46,805 nucleotides of DNA from Candidatus Levyibacteriota bacterium (lineage in GTDB: Bacteria; Patescibacteriota; Microgenomatia; Levybacterales; UBA12049), in assembly GCA_049519175.1 (NCBI GenBank), contig JBEKQZ010000003.1, forward strand, positions 1-46,805. Direction: 5' to 3'. The notes under the pieces were generated by a model. It was not told where the DNA came from. It did no database searches and saw nothing but the letters and a program-made list of their open reading frames with translations. This document shows positions 29,803 to 38,828 of the stretch, one piece after another; positions within the stretch are counted from its first letter, which is position 1, and every line of letters begins with the position of its first letter. Both the position numbers and the translations under genes were made by a program.

Positions 29803-29830
29803 GGCCTGCACATTTAAAAATGTGCAGGCC
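29803..29830. repeat. 13-bp perfect inverted repeat
   Basis: GGCCTGCACATTT-AA-AAATGTGCAGGCC. Confidence 0.85.
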
Positions 29831-29859
29831 AAGACGTTGTGGTATCATAGTTTTGCAAG

Positions 29860-30342
29860 ATGAGAATTTTAGGAATTGATCCGGGAATTGGCCGGTGCGG
29901 GTGGGGTGTACTGGAATATAGAAACTCGAAACTGGAAGTTAGAGGGTTTGGTTGTATTGAGACTTCGCCAAAGAAAAATGTTCAAGACCGTTTGAAGCAG
30001 ATTCATGAGGAGATTTCAAACATCATTAAACAATACAAACCTGAAGTTCTGTCAATCGAAGAGTTGTTTTTTAACACCAACGCCAAAACTGCTTTTGTGG
30101 TCGGGCAAGCCAGAGGTGTAATTTTACTGGCCGCAGCCCAGAATAATCTCGAAATCGCCATTTACACTCCGCTACAAGTAAAACTGGCTCTCACCGGTTA
30201 CGGCCGCGCGGAAAAACCGCAAGTCGGGCAAATGGTCAAAACTTTATTAAGTCTCAAAGAAGTGCCAAAGCCCGACGATACCGCCGACGGTTTAGCCATT
30301 GCCATCGCTCACGCTTTTTCGGCCAAGAACGCTAAATATTAA
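29860..30342 (+). CDS. ruvC: Holliday junction resolvase
   Basis: ILGIDPG, SIEELFF, GQARGV, DDTADG. Confidence 0.97.
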   Translation: MRILGIDPGIGRCGWGVLEYRNSKLEVRGFGCIETSPKKNVQDRLKQIHEEISNIIKQYKPEVLSIEELFFNTNAKTAFVVGQARGVILLAAAQNNLEIAIYTPLQVKLALTGYGRAEKPQVGQMVKTLLSLKEVPKPDDTADGLAIAIAHAFSAKNAKY

Positions 30343-30346
30343 AACT

Positions 30347-30473
30347 GGGGTCCTGTCAGGAATTTTCCTGTGCCCTTGTCAAGCAAGCGAGCTCCTTTCA
30401 GTCCGCTTGCCAGTGCTCGCTCAGGATTCACTGGCTTGCGCGCTGTCAGGAGCCTTTCCATTCCTGCCACCCC
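30347..30473. ncRNA. Structured intergenic element (ncRNA or REP-like), family unknown
   Basis: Terminal pairing GGGGT/ACCCC and CAGGAAT/ATTCCTG, with internal stems GCAAGCG/CGCTTGC and GCCAGTG/CACTGGC. Confidence 0.45.
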
Positions 30474-30541
30474 TTTGTATTTGTAACGAAAATTTTGTAA
30501 TCTCCCGGCGCAAAGAAGGCTGTGCTATAATCAACTAAATT

Positions 30542-31117
30542 ATGATTGGATTCCTCAAGGGTAAAGTTGAACTGCTCAAGCGCCCGTTTGTGATCATCGA
30601 CGTTAACGATGTTGGCTACAAAGTGCTAGTCCCCGAAACAATTTATGCTAAATTATCATTAGGAGATGTTGTCAAAATTTTTACTTATACCTATGTCCGT
30701 GAAGACGCGCTGGATTTATTCGGCTTTTTGGAGGCAGAAGATTTAGGCTTATTCGAAAGTTTATTAACGGTTTCGGGCATCGGACCAAAAACCGCCTTAA
30801 ATATTTTTTCTTTTGGCGAAAGAAAAGACATCATCGAGGCCATTATTAAAGGTGATGTGACTTTTTTCACTTCAGTTCCCAGGCTTGGTACCAAAAACGC
30901 CCAAAAAATTATTATTGAACTTAAAAGTAAGATGGGTTCAAGCGCGGATTTAGACTTGTCGGGCAAAGATTTATTGGCAAACGCTGAAGTGGTGCAAGCT
31001 TTAAAGAATTTTGGTTTTTCGGCCCAAGAAGCGCAAAAAGCGGTGCGGGAAATTAAGCAAGTTGGACTAACAACCGAAGAAAAAATTAGACTAGCACTCA
31101 AAAACTTAGGTAAATAG
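30542..31117 (+). CDS. ruvA: Holliday junction branch migration protein
   Basis: [25 protein letters not shown] HhH motif. Confidence 0.97.
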   Translation: MIGFLKGKVELLKRPFVIIDVNDVGYKVLVPETIYAKLSLGDVVKIFTYTYVREDALDLFGFLEAEDLGLFESLLTVSGIGPKTALNIFSFGERKDIIEAIIKGDVTFFTSVPRLGTKNAQKIIIELKSKMGSSADLDLSGKDLLANAEVVQALKNFGFSAQEAQKAVREIKQVGLTTEEKIRLALKNLGK

Positions 31118-31118
31118 C

Positions 31119-32147
31119 ATGGCAAAAGATAAAGTTAAAACAGAAATACAGGAAACGCCGGAAGAAGAGGTTTTATTCACTTCTTTAAGAGCGGCGTCGT
31201 GGGAAGAATTCTCCGGCCAGAAGAAAATTAAAGAATCTTTGCGGATTGGCATTACCGCCGCCAAAAAACGCAAGGAAGCCATCGAGCACATTCTTTTATA
31301 CGGTCCGCCGGGTTTAGGCAAAACCACGCTGGCGCACATTATCGCCAAAGAAATGGGCGTTAATATCCGCGTTACCTCTGGTCCGGCGATTGAAAGAGCC
31401 GGCGATTTAGCTTCAATTTTGACTAATTTGGAAAAAGGCGACGTTTTATTCATTGACGAAATTCACCGCTTAAATAAAGTGGTTGAGGAAACGCTGTATC
31501 CGGCAATGGAAGACTACGCTTTGGATATTATTATTGGCAAAGGTCCATCGGCCAGAACCGTGCGGTTGGATTTACCGCCGTTTACGATTATTGGCGCCAC
31601 CACCCGGATCGGTTTAATGTCGGCGCCGCTTCGGGACAGATTTGGCGTCATTCACCGTCTGTCTTTTTACGACCCCAAAGACTTAGAGCAGATTATTCAG
31701 AAAGCGGCAGTGAAATTAAAAGTGCCGGTGGATAGAGATTCAATTTTGGAAATTGCCAAAAGAGCCAGAGGGACTCCGAGAATTGCCTTGAAATTGCTAA
31801 AACGGGCTAGGGATTTTGTGCAGGTTAAAGGCAACGGAAAATTAACCAAAGATTTAATCAAAGGCGCTTTGGACATGATGGAAGTTGACGAAGTCGGACT
31901 TGACTCATCCGATGTCCGTTATTTAAAGTCCATTATCCAAAAACACGGCGGTGGACCGGTGGGAATCGAAACGATTGCCTCAACGATTAGTGAAGACATC
32001 GGGACAATTGAAGAAGTCATCGAACCGTATCTTTTGCAAGTAGGGTTTATTAAAAAAACCGCCCGCGGCCGCGTTGCCACGTCGGCCGCTTACGCACACT
32101 TAAAAATTGCACTGCCGCGACAAACCAAACAAAGTAAATTCCTCTAA
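31119..32147 (+). CDS. ruvB: Holliday junction branch migration helicase
   Basis: [35 protein letters not shown]. Confidence 0.98.
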   Translation: MAKDKVKTEIQETPEEEVLFTSLRAASWEEFSGQKKIKESLRIGITAAKKRKEAIEHILLYGPPGLGKTTLAHIIAKEMGVNIRVTSGPAIERAGDLASILTNLEKGDVLFIDEIHRLNKVVEETLYPAMEDYALDIIIGKGPSARTVRLDLPPFTIIGATTRIGLMSAPLRDRFGVIHRLSFYDPKDLEQIIQKAAVKLKVPVDRDSILEIAKRARGTPRIALKLLKRARDFVQVKGNGKLTKDLIKGALDMMEVDEVGLDSSDVRYLKSIIQKHGGGPVGIETIASTISEDIGTIEEVIEPYLLQVGFIKKTARGRVATSAAYAHLKIALPRQTKQSKFL

Positions 32148-32187
32148 AATTGACTACGGGTCGGGATATTGTTATACTTCTCAAACT

Positions 32188-32607
32188 ATGCCGGCAGCAT
32201 TAGAAAGGGAAAACCCATATTTAGCAGAAGAGTTTATAGACGGCAAAATACGCGTCCATGATAAATGGGACGAAACCGTTGATATTTTTGACAGTAATCT
32301 TGATGGACAAAAAAAACTTGCGAGACGAGAAGACGCAGCTTATAAAGCAATTTCATTGTCAGAGCTGTTTGGAAAAGCAACAATTCCTTTGGCAGCTTCA
32401 GCAGCGGCAGTAGGTTTACTCAAGAGAAAGTCACTTGTCGTCCTTGGAGCAGCAATAGTAGAGCCTTTAGTGTTATTTGAGTTACGAGGAATACGTGCAT
32501 TATCCAGATTTTTCATAAAAAACATAAGAATGGAGACGGATAGCGTAAGTGTTGCTCAAAAGAATTTTAAGCAACTTCCTCAAGAACTAAAACCTCGGAA
32601 GTTGTAA
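32188..32607 (+). CDS. Hypothetical membrane-associated protein
   Basis: ATG 32188 preceded by TTGACT-17-TATACT; two hydrophobic segments. Confidence 0.65.
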   Translation: MPAALERENPYLAEEFIDGKIRVHDKWDETVDIFDSNLDGQKKLARREDAAYKAISLSELFGKATIPLAASAAAVGLLKRKSLVVLGAAIVEPLVLFELRGIRALSRFFIKNIRMETDSVSVAQKNFKQLPQELKPRKL

Positions 32608-33280
32608 CTAACCTTCTGAATTTTTCTTCCAGTTCCTGATAATTTTGGTTCATTCGGCGGTAATGTATCGGAATAGTTATTTTGGCGGCAATGGCGTTGG
32701 CGGCACGTGCCGCTTCTTCAACATCCATCGTATAATGTCCGCCGATTGGCAGCATCGCCACATCCAAATGCAAAGCCTGCAAATTTTTCATTTCGTCAAT
32801 AAAATCCGTGTCGCCGGCATGATAAATCTTTTGCCCGTTCAACGCAAAAATATAACCGACCCAATGTTTATCCTGAGGATGAAAATTTAATTTATCCGGA
32901 TGGTTGTTGTAGGCAGGGACAGTTTGAAACTTAAACCCCCCGCCCGCATCGCCTTGCGAAGCATGGCGGGCAGATTTCACTTCATAACTTTTATTCGGCT
33001 CAACCGCCAGTTTTAGCTCCGCGTCTCTGTCGATTTGCGCCAAGATATCGGGCGGAGCAATAATCACCGTGTCTTCTTTTACAATTTTGGCTAAATCATT
33101 GGGCGAAAAATGGTCGGGGTGGGCGTGGGTAATAAAAACCAAGTCCGCTTTTGCGAATTCAGTTAGTTTTAGATCGAACGGATCGACATAATAAATCCGG
33201 TTGCCGCCTCGATCAATAAAAGAAAAGCTGGCATGTCCAAACCAAGTCAAACTTGGCTCTAGCCACTTAATGTTTTCCAT
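32567..33280 (-). CDS. Metallo-beta-lactamase-fold hydrolase
   Basis: WFGHASF, YVDPF, ITHAHPDH, YHAGDT, MLPIGG, IPIHY. Confidence 0.92.
   Translation of the reverse strand: MENIKWLEPSLTWFGHASFSFIDRGGNRIYYVDPFDLKLTEFAKADLVFITHAHPDHFSPNDLAKIVKEDTVIIAPPDILAQIDRDAELKLAVEPNKSYEVKSARHASQGDAGGGFKFQTVPAYNNHPDKLNFHPQDKHWVGYIFALNGQKIYHAGDTDFIDEMKNLQALHLDVAMLPIGGHYTMDVEEAARAANAIAAKITIPIHYRRMNQNYQELEEKFRRLVTTSEVLVLEEVA
32939..32974 (-). repeat. 36-bp palindromic element inserted in frame
   Basis: TCTGCCCGCCATGCTTCGCAAGGCGATGCGGGCGGG, encoding SARHASQGDAGG; GC-rich hairpin in an AT-rich gene. Confidence 0.75.
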
Positions 33281-33342
33281 GCATTTATTATAGCAGCTAA
33301 ATCAATAGTTGTTTTCGATTTTCGGGCAGCTTTCATAATTTC

Positions 33343-33371
33343 TTGACAAAAACAGTTAGAAACTCCATAAT
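33343..33371 (+). promoter_or_regulatory. Sigma70 promoter, leaderless geometry
   Basis: TTGACA-17 nt-CATAAT, 5 nt upstream of ATG 33377. Confidence 0.65.
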
Positions 33372-33376
33372 AAAAT

Positions 33377-34522
33377 ATGGAGCCTAAAAAGAATACATTC
33401 CCCATAAGCTTATCGTTTGACGATGTCCTACTTTTCCCGGATTACGCTGATTTTTCGCGTTCCGACATTGATCTTTCCACTCAAATCACGAAAAAAATTA
33501 AACTTTCCCTTCCTTTTGTTTCCGCGCCTATGGACACTGTTACCGAAAGCAAATTAGCAATTGCGCTAGCTAATTTAGGGGGAATTGGGATAATTCACCG
33601 CAATTTAACAGTTCAAAATCAAGCCAACGAAGTCAAAGCAGTCAAAAATAAAAAATTATTGGTTGGGGCAGCGATTGGCGCAAGTCGTGGTTTTGAAGAA
33701 AGAGTGGAAGCTTTAGTAAAAGCCGGAGTGGATGTAGTGGTGGTTGATTCGGCACACGGATATGCAAAAGGAGTAATTGAAACCACGAAGTATATTAAAA
33801 AGAAATTTCCTAAAATGGAAGTAATTGCCGGAAATGTGGCAACTTATGATGGCGCAAAAGCTTTAATTTTGGCTGGAGCAGATGGAATAAGGGTTGGTAT
33901 GGGACCGGGGGCAATTTGCACCACCCGAATTATTTCCGGCATGGGAGTGCCACAAATTACGGCAATTTTAAAAACTGTCAGAGCAGCGAAAAAAGCAGGG
34001 ATTCCGATTATTGCCGACGGAGGAATAAAATACTCAGGAGACATGGTTAAGGCTTTGGCAGCCGGAGCATCGGCGATTATGATGGGCAGTTTCTTTGCCT
34101 CGGCAGTTGAAGCGCCGGGGAAAATTGTTAATCTTCGCCCCGATCAAGTTCCCAACCGTTTTAAAAGCAGCTTAAATAAAAAGCTAAAGACATATAAGTT
34201 TAAGCAATATGATGCGATGGGTTCAATCGCGGCAATGGCAAGAGGCGCAAGCATAAAATCCGAAGATGAGTTTCATGGTAAGAGTTACAAAGACCGCGTC
34301 ATGATTGCCGAAGGAGTAGAATCTTTAGTTCCGCTTAAAGGTTCGGTTGAAGATATTATTGATCAGGCAGTTGGAGGAATAAGATCGGGAATGTATTATG
34401 TGGGAGCAAAAAATATCAAAGAGCTTTGGCAAAAAGCGAAGTTTATGCAAATCACGCAGGCTTCTTTAACCGAAAGTCATCCTCATGACGTTTTAATCAC
34501 CAATCCCGGGAAAAATTATTAA
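33377..34522 (+). CDS. IMP dehydrogenase/GMP reductase family enzyme without CBS domains
   Basis: [47 protein letters not shown]. Confidence 0.9.
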   Translation: MEPKKNTFPISLSFDDVLLFPDYADFSRSDIDLSTQITKKIKLSLPFVSAPMDTVTESKLAIALANLGGIGIIHRNLTVQNQANEVKAVKNKKLLVGAAIGASRGFEERVEALVKAGVDVVVVDSAHGYAKGVIETTKYIKKKFPKMEVIAGNVATYDGAKALILAGADGIRVGMGPGAICTTRIISGMGVPQITAILKTVRAAKKAGIPIIADGGIKYSGDMVKALAAGASAIMMGSFFASAVEAPGKIVNLRPDQVPNRFKSSLNKKLKTYKFKQYDAMGSIAAMARGASIKSEDEFHGKSYKDRVMIAEGVESLVPLKGSVEDIIDQAVGGIRSGMYYVGAKNIKELWQKAKFMQITQASLTESHPHDVLITNPGKNY

Positions 34523-34528
34523 CTAAGG

Positions 34529-35803
34529 TTAAATAGTGATGATTTCGTAGCGGCTTTGGCCGGTGGAAATATATCTGACCTTAACGCCGATTTCCTTTTC
34601 TAATTCTTTAACGTAAGCTTTGGCCTCTTTGGGTAACTCGGCATACTTCTTAACGCCTTTGGTGCTTTTTTGCCAACCCGGCATTGTTTTGTAAACCGGT
34701 TTAACTTTAGCTAACCATTCTGCCGTTCCATCATTATACTTAACTTTCTTGCCGTTTAAGGTATAGTGAGTACAAATTTTCAGCGTTTTAAATTCGTCCA
34801 AAACGTCAAGCTTGGTAATGGCAATTTCGGTAAAACCGTTGATTTTGGCGGCAAAACTAATTAACTCTGCGTCAAACCAACCGCATCTTCGACGTCTTCC
34901 GGTGGTGGTTCCATATTCATTACCCCTTTCGGTCAGCATATCGCCGTCTTTATCAAATAATTCGGTTGGGAATGGCCCGGCGCCAACCCGGGTGGTGTAA
35001 GCTTTAACTACACCGACGACTCTTTTAATTGCCTGCGGGGGAATGCCGGCGCCGGCGGTAGCGCCTCCCGATAAAACAGTCGAAGCGGTCACAAACGGAT
35101 AAGTGCCCCAGTCGTTATCTAAAAAGACGCCATGTGCTCCCTCCAGTAAAACCTCTTTTTTCTCCAGAGCTTCATTCACAAAAGCAAAAGTTTCTTTAAT
35201 GTAGGGTTTAATTCTCCTTAAATATTTGTAGAAGTTTTTCTCAATCTCTTTTTGCTCCAGCGGTTTTTCGCCCAAAGCCTGCAATACTTTATTTTTCACT
35301 AATAACTGAACTTCCAGTTTTTGAGCGAACACTTTTTTATCCATTAAATCGGCTAAGCGAATTCCGTTATAGCTGACTTTGTCGGCGTAAGTCGGACCAA
35401 TACCGCGGCCGGTAGTGCCGGTTTTATATTTTCCTTTGGCTTCTTCATACAGCCGGTCGAGTAATTTGTGGTAGGGCATAATTAAATGACAGCGGGGGGA
35501 AATATATAACTTATTTTTTAAGGGAACGCCGGCTTTTTTTAGATTTTCAATTTCGGCGACTAGCACTTCCAAGTCAAGAATAGTGCCATTGGCAATTACC
35601 GCTTTAGCTCTTTGGCTAAAAATTCCAGAAGGGACCAGATGCATGGGGAATTTTCCAAATTTGTTGATGACGGTGTGGCCAGCGTTATTGCCGCCGTGGA
35701 ATCTGACAACTATGTCGGACTTTTCGGCAAGATAATCAATTATTTTGCCTTTTCCTTCGTCTCCCCACTGTGAGCCGATAATAATGGTCGCGGCCATAGC
35801 CAA
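34529..35803 (-). CDS. purA: Adenylosuccinate synthetase (start 35803 or 35797)
   Basis: QWGDEGKGK, GGNNAGHT, GTTGRGIGP, EYGTTTGRRRRCGWFD, TKLDVL. Confidence 0.97.
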   Translation of the reverse strand: MAMAATIIIGSQWGDEGKGKIIDYLAEKSDIVVRFHGGNNAGHTVINKFGKFPMHLVPSGIFSQRAKAVIANGTILDLEVLVAEIENLKKAGVPLKNKLYISPRCHLIMPYHKLLDRLYEEAKGKYKTGTTGRGIGPTYADKVSYNGIRLADLMDKKVFAQKLEVQLLVKNKVLQALGEKPLEQKEIEKNFYKYLRRIKPYIKETFAFVNEALEKKEVLLEGAHGVFLDNDWGTYPFVTASTVLSGGATAGAGIPPQAIKRVVGVVKAYTTRVGAGPFPTELFDKDGDMLTERGNEYGTTTGRRRRCGWFDAELISFAAKINGFTEIAITKLDVLDEFKTLKICTHYTLNGKKVKYNDGTAEWLAKVKPVYKTMPGWQKSTKGVKKYAELPKEAKAYVKELEKEIGVKVRYISTGQSRYEIITI

Positions 35804-35808
35804 AAGGT

Positions 35809-35837
35809 ATTCTAAAGAAGTTGGGCTTCTTTGTCAA
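35809..35837 (-). promoter_or_regulatory. purA sigma70 promoter
   Basis: TTGACA-17 nt-TAGAAT on the minus strand. Confidence 0.65.
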
Positions 35838-35884
35838 TCGCCAATGTGCAGGACAAGTTTTTCGTGCTACAATAGCCCCAGATT

Positions 35885-37645
35885 ATGGATCAAGTTACGG
35901 AAATTAGAGAAAAAATCGATATCGTTTCGTTTATCGGAGACTTTCTGCCGCTGAAAAAAGCCGGCCGCAATTTTAAAACCACTTGCCCGTTTCATAACGA
36001 AAAAACTCCTTCCCTCATTATTTCCCCGGAAAGACAAATTTGGCATTGTTTTGGCTGCGGCAAAGGCGGTGACGTTTACACCTTTTTAATGGAATATGAA
36101 AACATGGAGTTTCCGGAAGCCTTACGCAGTCTGGCCAAACGTGCCGGAGTAACGCTAAAAGAAAGCAGTTTTAAACAAAGTGAATATTCGGAAAAAGAAA
36201 ACATTTTTGCGGTCAACAACCACGCTTTAAAATTCTACCATTATGTGTTAACCGAGCTTCCCGCCGGCAAAGAAGCGCTATCTTATCTTTTGCGAAAGCG
36301 TAAAATCAACCAGGGGATTATTGATACTTTTCAGTTAGGTTTTGCGCCAAGTGCCGGTACAGCACTGTCAAATTATCTCTTAAAAAAGAAAGGCTATAAA
36401 AACCGCGATTTGCTAACCGCCGGCGTAGCGTTTGAAAGAGGCAGCCAGTGTTACGATTTCTTCCACGGGCGGATTATTTTCCCGCTGTTTGATCACCGCG
36501 GCAACGTCACCGGTTTTTCCGGCAGAGCATTAAACGATAACGACCAACCCAAGTATCTCAATACCAAAGAAACCGCGGTTTATCACAAAGGCAGCATGTT
36601 TTTCGGTTTGAATATTGCCAAAGACGAAATCAAACAAAAGCAGGACGCGATTATTGTTGAAGGCGAATTTGACGCCATCGCTTTATATATGGAAGGCGTT
36701 AAAAACGCGGTGGCAATTAAAGGCACGGCCTTAACCGAAAATCAGGTGGCGCTTCTTAGCCGTTTTACACCCAAAGTCACTTTATGTTTGGATCAGGATA
36801 ACGCCGGATTCGAAGCCACCAGACGCAGTCTTGAAGTCTTGGAGAAAAAGGGGATAAGCACTTCCATTATCGTGATTAAAGACGGCAAAGATCCCGACGA
36901 AGCGTTAAAAAATAATCCGGCCGAGTTTAAAAAAGCGCTGCGGGAAAACTTAGGCGTTTATGATTATTTGGTCGATAAATTTGTGGCGGAAAATAATAAA
37001 GACAGCGCCGAAGGCAAAAAAGCGATTGCCGATAATCTCCTGCCGCTTTTTGCCAACATCAGTAACGAAATTATTAAAGAGCATTATTTAAAAAAGTTAA
37101 GTGCCATTTTTGAAATCTCACTCGAAAGTTTATTAAAAGAAGTCGAAAAACTTAAGAAAAAAGATTTGGAAGATAAAATTGCAATTCCGCAAAAAGATAA
37201 AAGAACACGCCGGGAAATTCTGGAAGAATATCTAATCGCTTTAATTGTGCAAAGTAACAGCCCGCAAAAGTTACTTGAAGATAATCAGGAAACTCTCGCG
37301 TTGTATAAATTTGCGACGCCGTCGCTTTGGAAAATTTTGGAGACCCTCAAAACCTTTTTCAAAACCAACGCAGAGTTAAACCAGGAGAAATTCGCCAAAC
37401 TTCTTTCCAAAGAATTGGTTCAGTCTTTTGACACTTGCTATTTATTTCCTTTGCCAAAACTCGAGGAGGATAAATATGCAGAGGAAATCCAGAAAGTGCT
37501 CAAAGAATTATTAACGCTATTCATTAAAGAACGAGTGAATATTATCACCGCGGAAATAAAAACCAAAGAAAAAAATAAAGAGCAGAATACGGGAGAATTA
37601 AAAGAAGAATTAGCCAAATTAATCGCGCGTTTGCCCAAAGATTAA
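35885..37645 (+). CDS. dnaG: DNA primase
   Basis: [10 protein letters not shown]...CFGC zinc finger, PKYLN, Toprim EGEFD and LDQD. Confidence 0.98.
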   Translation: MDQVTEIREKIDIVSFIGDFLPLKKAGRNFKTTCPFHNEKTPSLIISPERQIWHCFGCGKGGDVYTFLMEYENMEFPEALRSLAKRAGVTLKESSFKQSEYSEKENIFAVNNHALKFYHYVLTELPAGKEALSYLLRKRKINQGIIDTFQLGFAPSAGTALSNYLLKKKGYKNRDLLTAGVAFERGSQCYDFFHGRIIFPLFDHRGNVTGFSGRALNDNDQPKYLNTKETAVYHKGSMFFGLNIAKDEIKQKQDAIIVEGEFDAIALYMEGVKNAVAIKGTALTENQVALLSRFTPKVTLCLDQDNAGFEATRRSLEVLEKKGISTSIIVIKDGKDPDEALKNNPAEFKKALRENLGVYDYLVDKFVAENNKDSAEGKKAIADNLLPLFANISNEIIKEHYLKKLSAIFEISLESLLKEVEKLKKKDLEDKIAIPQKDKRTRREILEEYLIALIVQSNSPQKLLEDNQETLALYKFATPSLWKILETLKTFFKTNAELNQEKFAKLLSKELVQSFDTCYLFPLPKLEEDKYAEEIQKVLKELLTLFIKERVNIITAEIKTKEKNKEQNTGELKEELAKLIARLPKD

Positions 37646-37689
37646 TTTTTCACTTCCAATCGATGGTCAATCGTGGTAAAATAGAGCCT

Positions 37690-38766
37690 ATGAAGCAACC
37701 CAATATCCTCACAGAGATTGTTAGTGGTGCAAAAAAGCGCGGCTATATTACACAGGACGAGATTTTAGGCATTTTTCCTCACCCCGAAGAACACATCGCG
37801 GAGCTGGATTTACTTTACAATAAATTAATCCGTGCCGACATTGACGTGTTTGAGTCGGTGGCCGCCGAAACGGAAGACGAAAAACCGATTGAAGATTTAG
37901 AAAAAGAATTGGAAGCTTTAACGGTCTTAACCGAAGGAACGGTTTCCGATCCGGTTAGGATGTATCTTAAGGAAATCGGCCGGATTCCGCTTCTGAAGTT
38001 TGACCAGGAAATTGAACTGGCCAAAAAAGTCGAAAAAGGCGACAAAAAGGCCAAGCAAATGCTGATTAATTCCAATTTGCGTTTGGTGGTTTCGATTGCC
38101 AAAAAATATGTCGGCCGGGGGTTAACGCTGTTGGATTTAATTCAGGAGGGAAATCAAGGTTTAATCCGGGCGGTGGAAAAATATGACTGGAGACGCGGTT
38201 TTAAATTTTCCACTTATGCCACTTGGTGGATCAGGCAGTCAATTACAAGAGCCATTGCCGACCAAGCCAGAACGATCCGCATTCCCGTGCACATGGTGGA
38301 AAATATCAACCGCTTTTTAAGAGCTTCGCGCAAATTAATGCAGGAATTAGGCCGCGAGCCAACGCCCGAAGAAGTGGCGAAAGCTTTAGGCATTGAACCG
38401 GATAAGGCTTTGGAAATTATCAAAATTTCCCAGGAACCGGCCAGTTTGGAATCGCCGGTGGGCGACGAAGAAGATTCGCGACTGGGCGATTTTATTCACG
38501 ACGCTTCGGCCCCGACGCTTTTTGATACGGCTTCAAGAGAACTGCTAAAAGAGCAAATCGACCAGGTGCTTTCAACTTTATCGGACAGGGAAAAGCGGGT
38601 GCTGGAAGAAAGATTCGGCTTAAAAGACGGCCGGCCCAAGACTTTAGAAGAGGTCGGGAAAATGTTTGCCGTCACCAGGGAAAGAATTAGACAAATCGAA
38701 GCCAAAGCTTTGCGGAAACTTCGCCATCCGTCCCGTGGCAACAAACTTAAAGACTACTTAGGATAA
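37690..38766 (+). CDS. rpoD: Primary sigma factor (SigA-type, no non-conserved region)
   Basis: [44 protein letters not shown]. Start moved to 37690 because TAAAAT lies 7 nt upstream of it. Confidence 0.97.
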   Translation: MKQPNILTEIVSGAKKRGYITQDEILGIFPHPEEHIAELDLLYNKLIRADIDVFESVAAETEDEKPIEDLEKELEALTVLTEGTVSDPVRMYLKEIGRIPLLKFDQEIELAKKVEKGDKKAKQMLINSNLRLVVSIAKKYVGRGLTLLDLIQEGNQGLIRAVEKYDWRRGFKFSTYATWWIRQSITRAIADQARTIRIPVHMVENINRFLRASRKLMQELGREPTPEEVAKALGIEPDKALEIIKISQEPASLESPVGDEEDSRLGDFIHDASAPTLFDTASRELLKEQIDQVLSTLSDREKRVLEERFGLKDGRPKTLEEVGKMFAVTRERIRQIEAKALRKLRHPSRGNKLKDYLG

Positions 38767-38828
38767 TAATCCTCTTCGTTACATAGGCTTTTGACTGTCT
38801 TTTAATATGATATACTATTGAAAAATAC

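Noticed and set aside
34529-35803. PurZ (2-aminoadenine pathway)
   Set aside because: It has the PurA motif GDEGKG with the catalytic Asp, not the Ser-containing PurZ variant.
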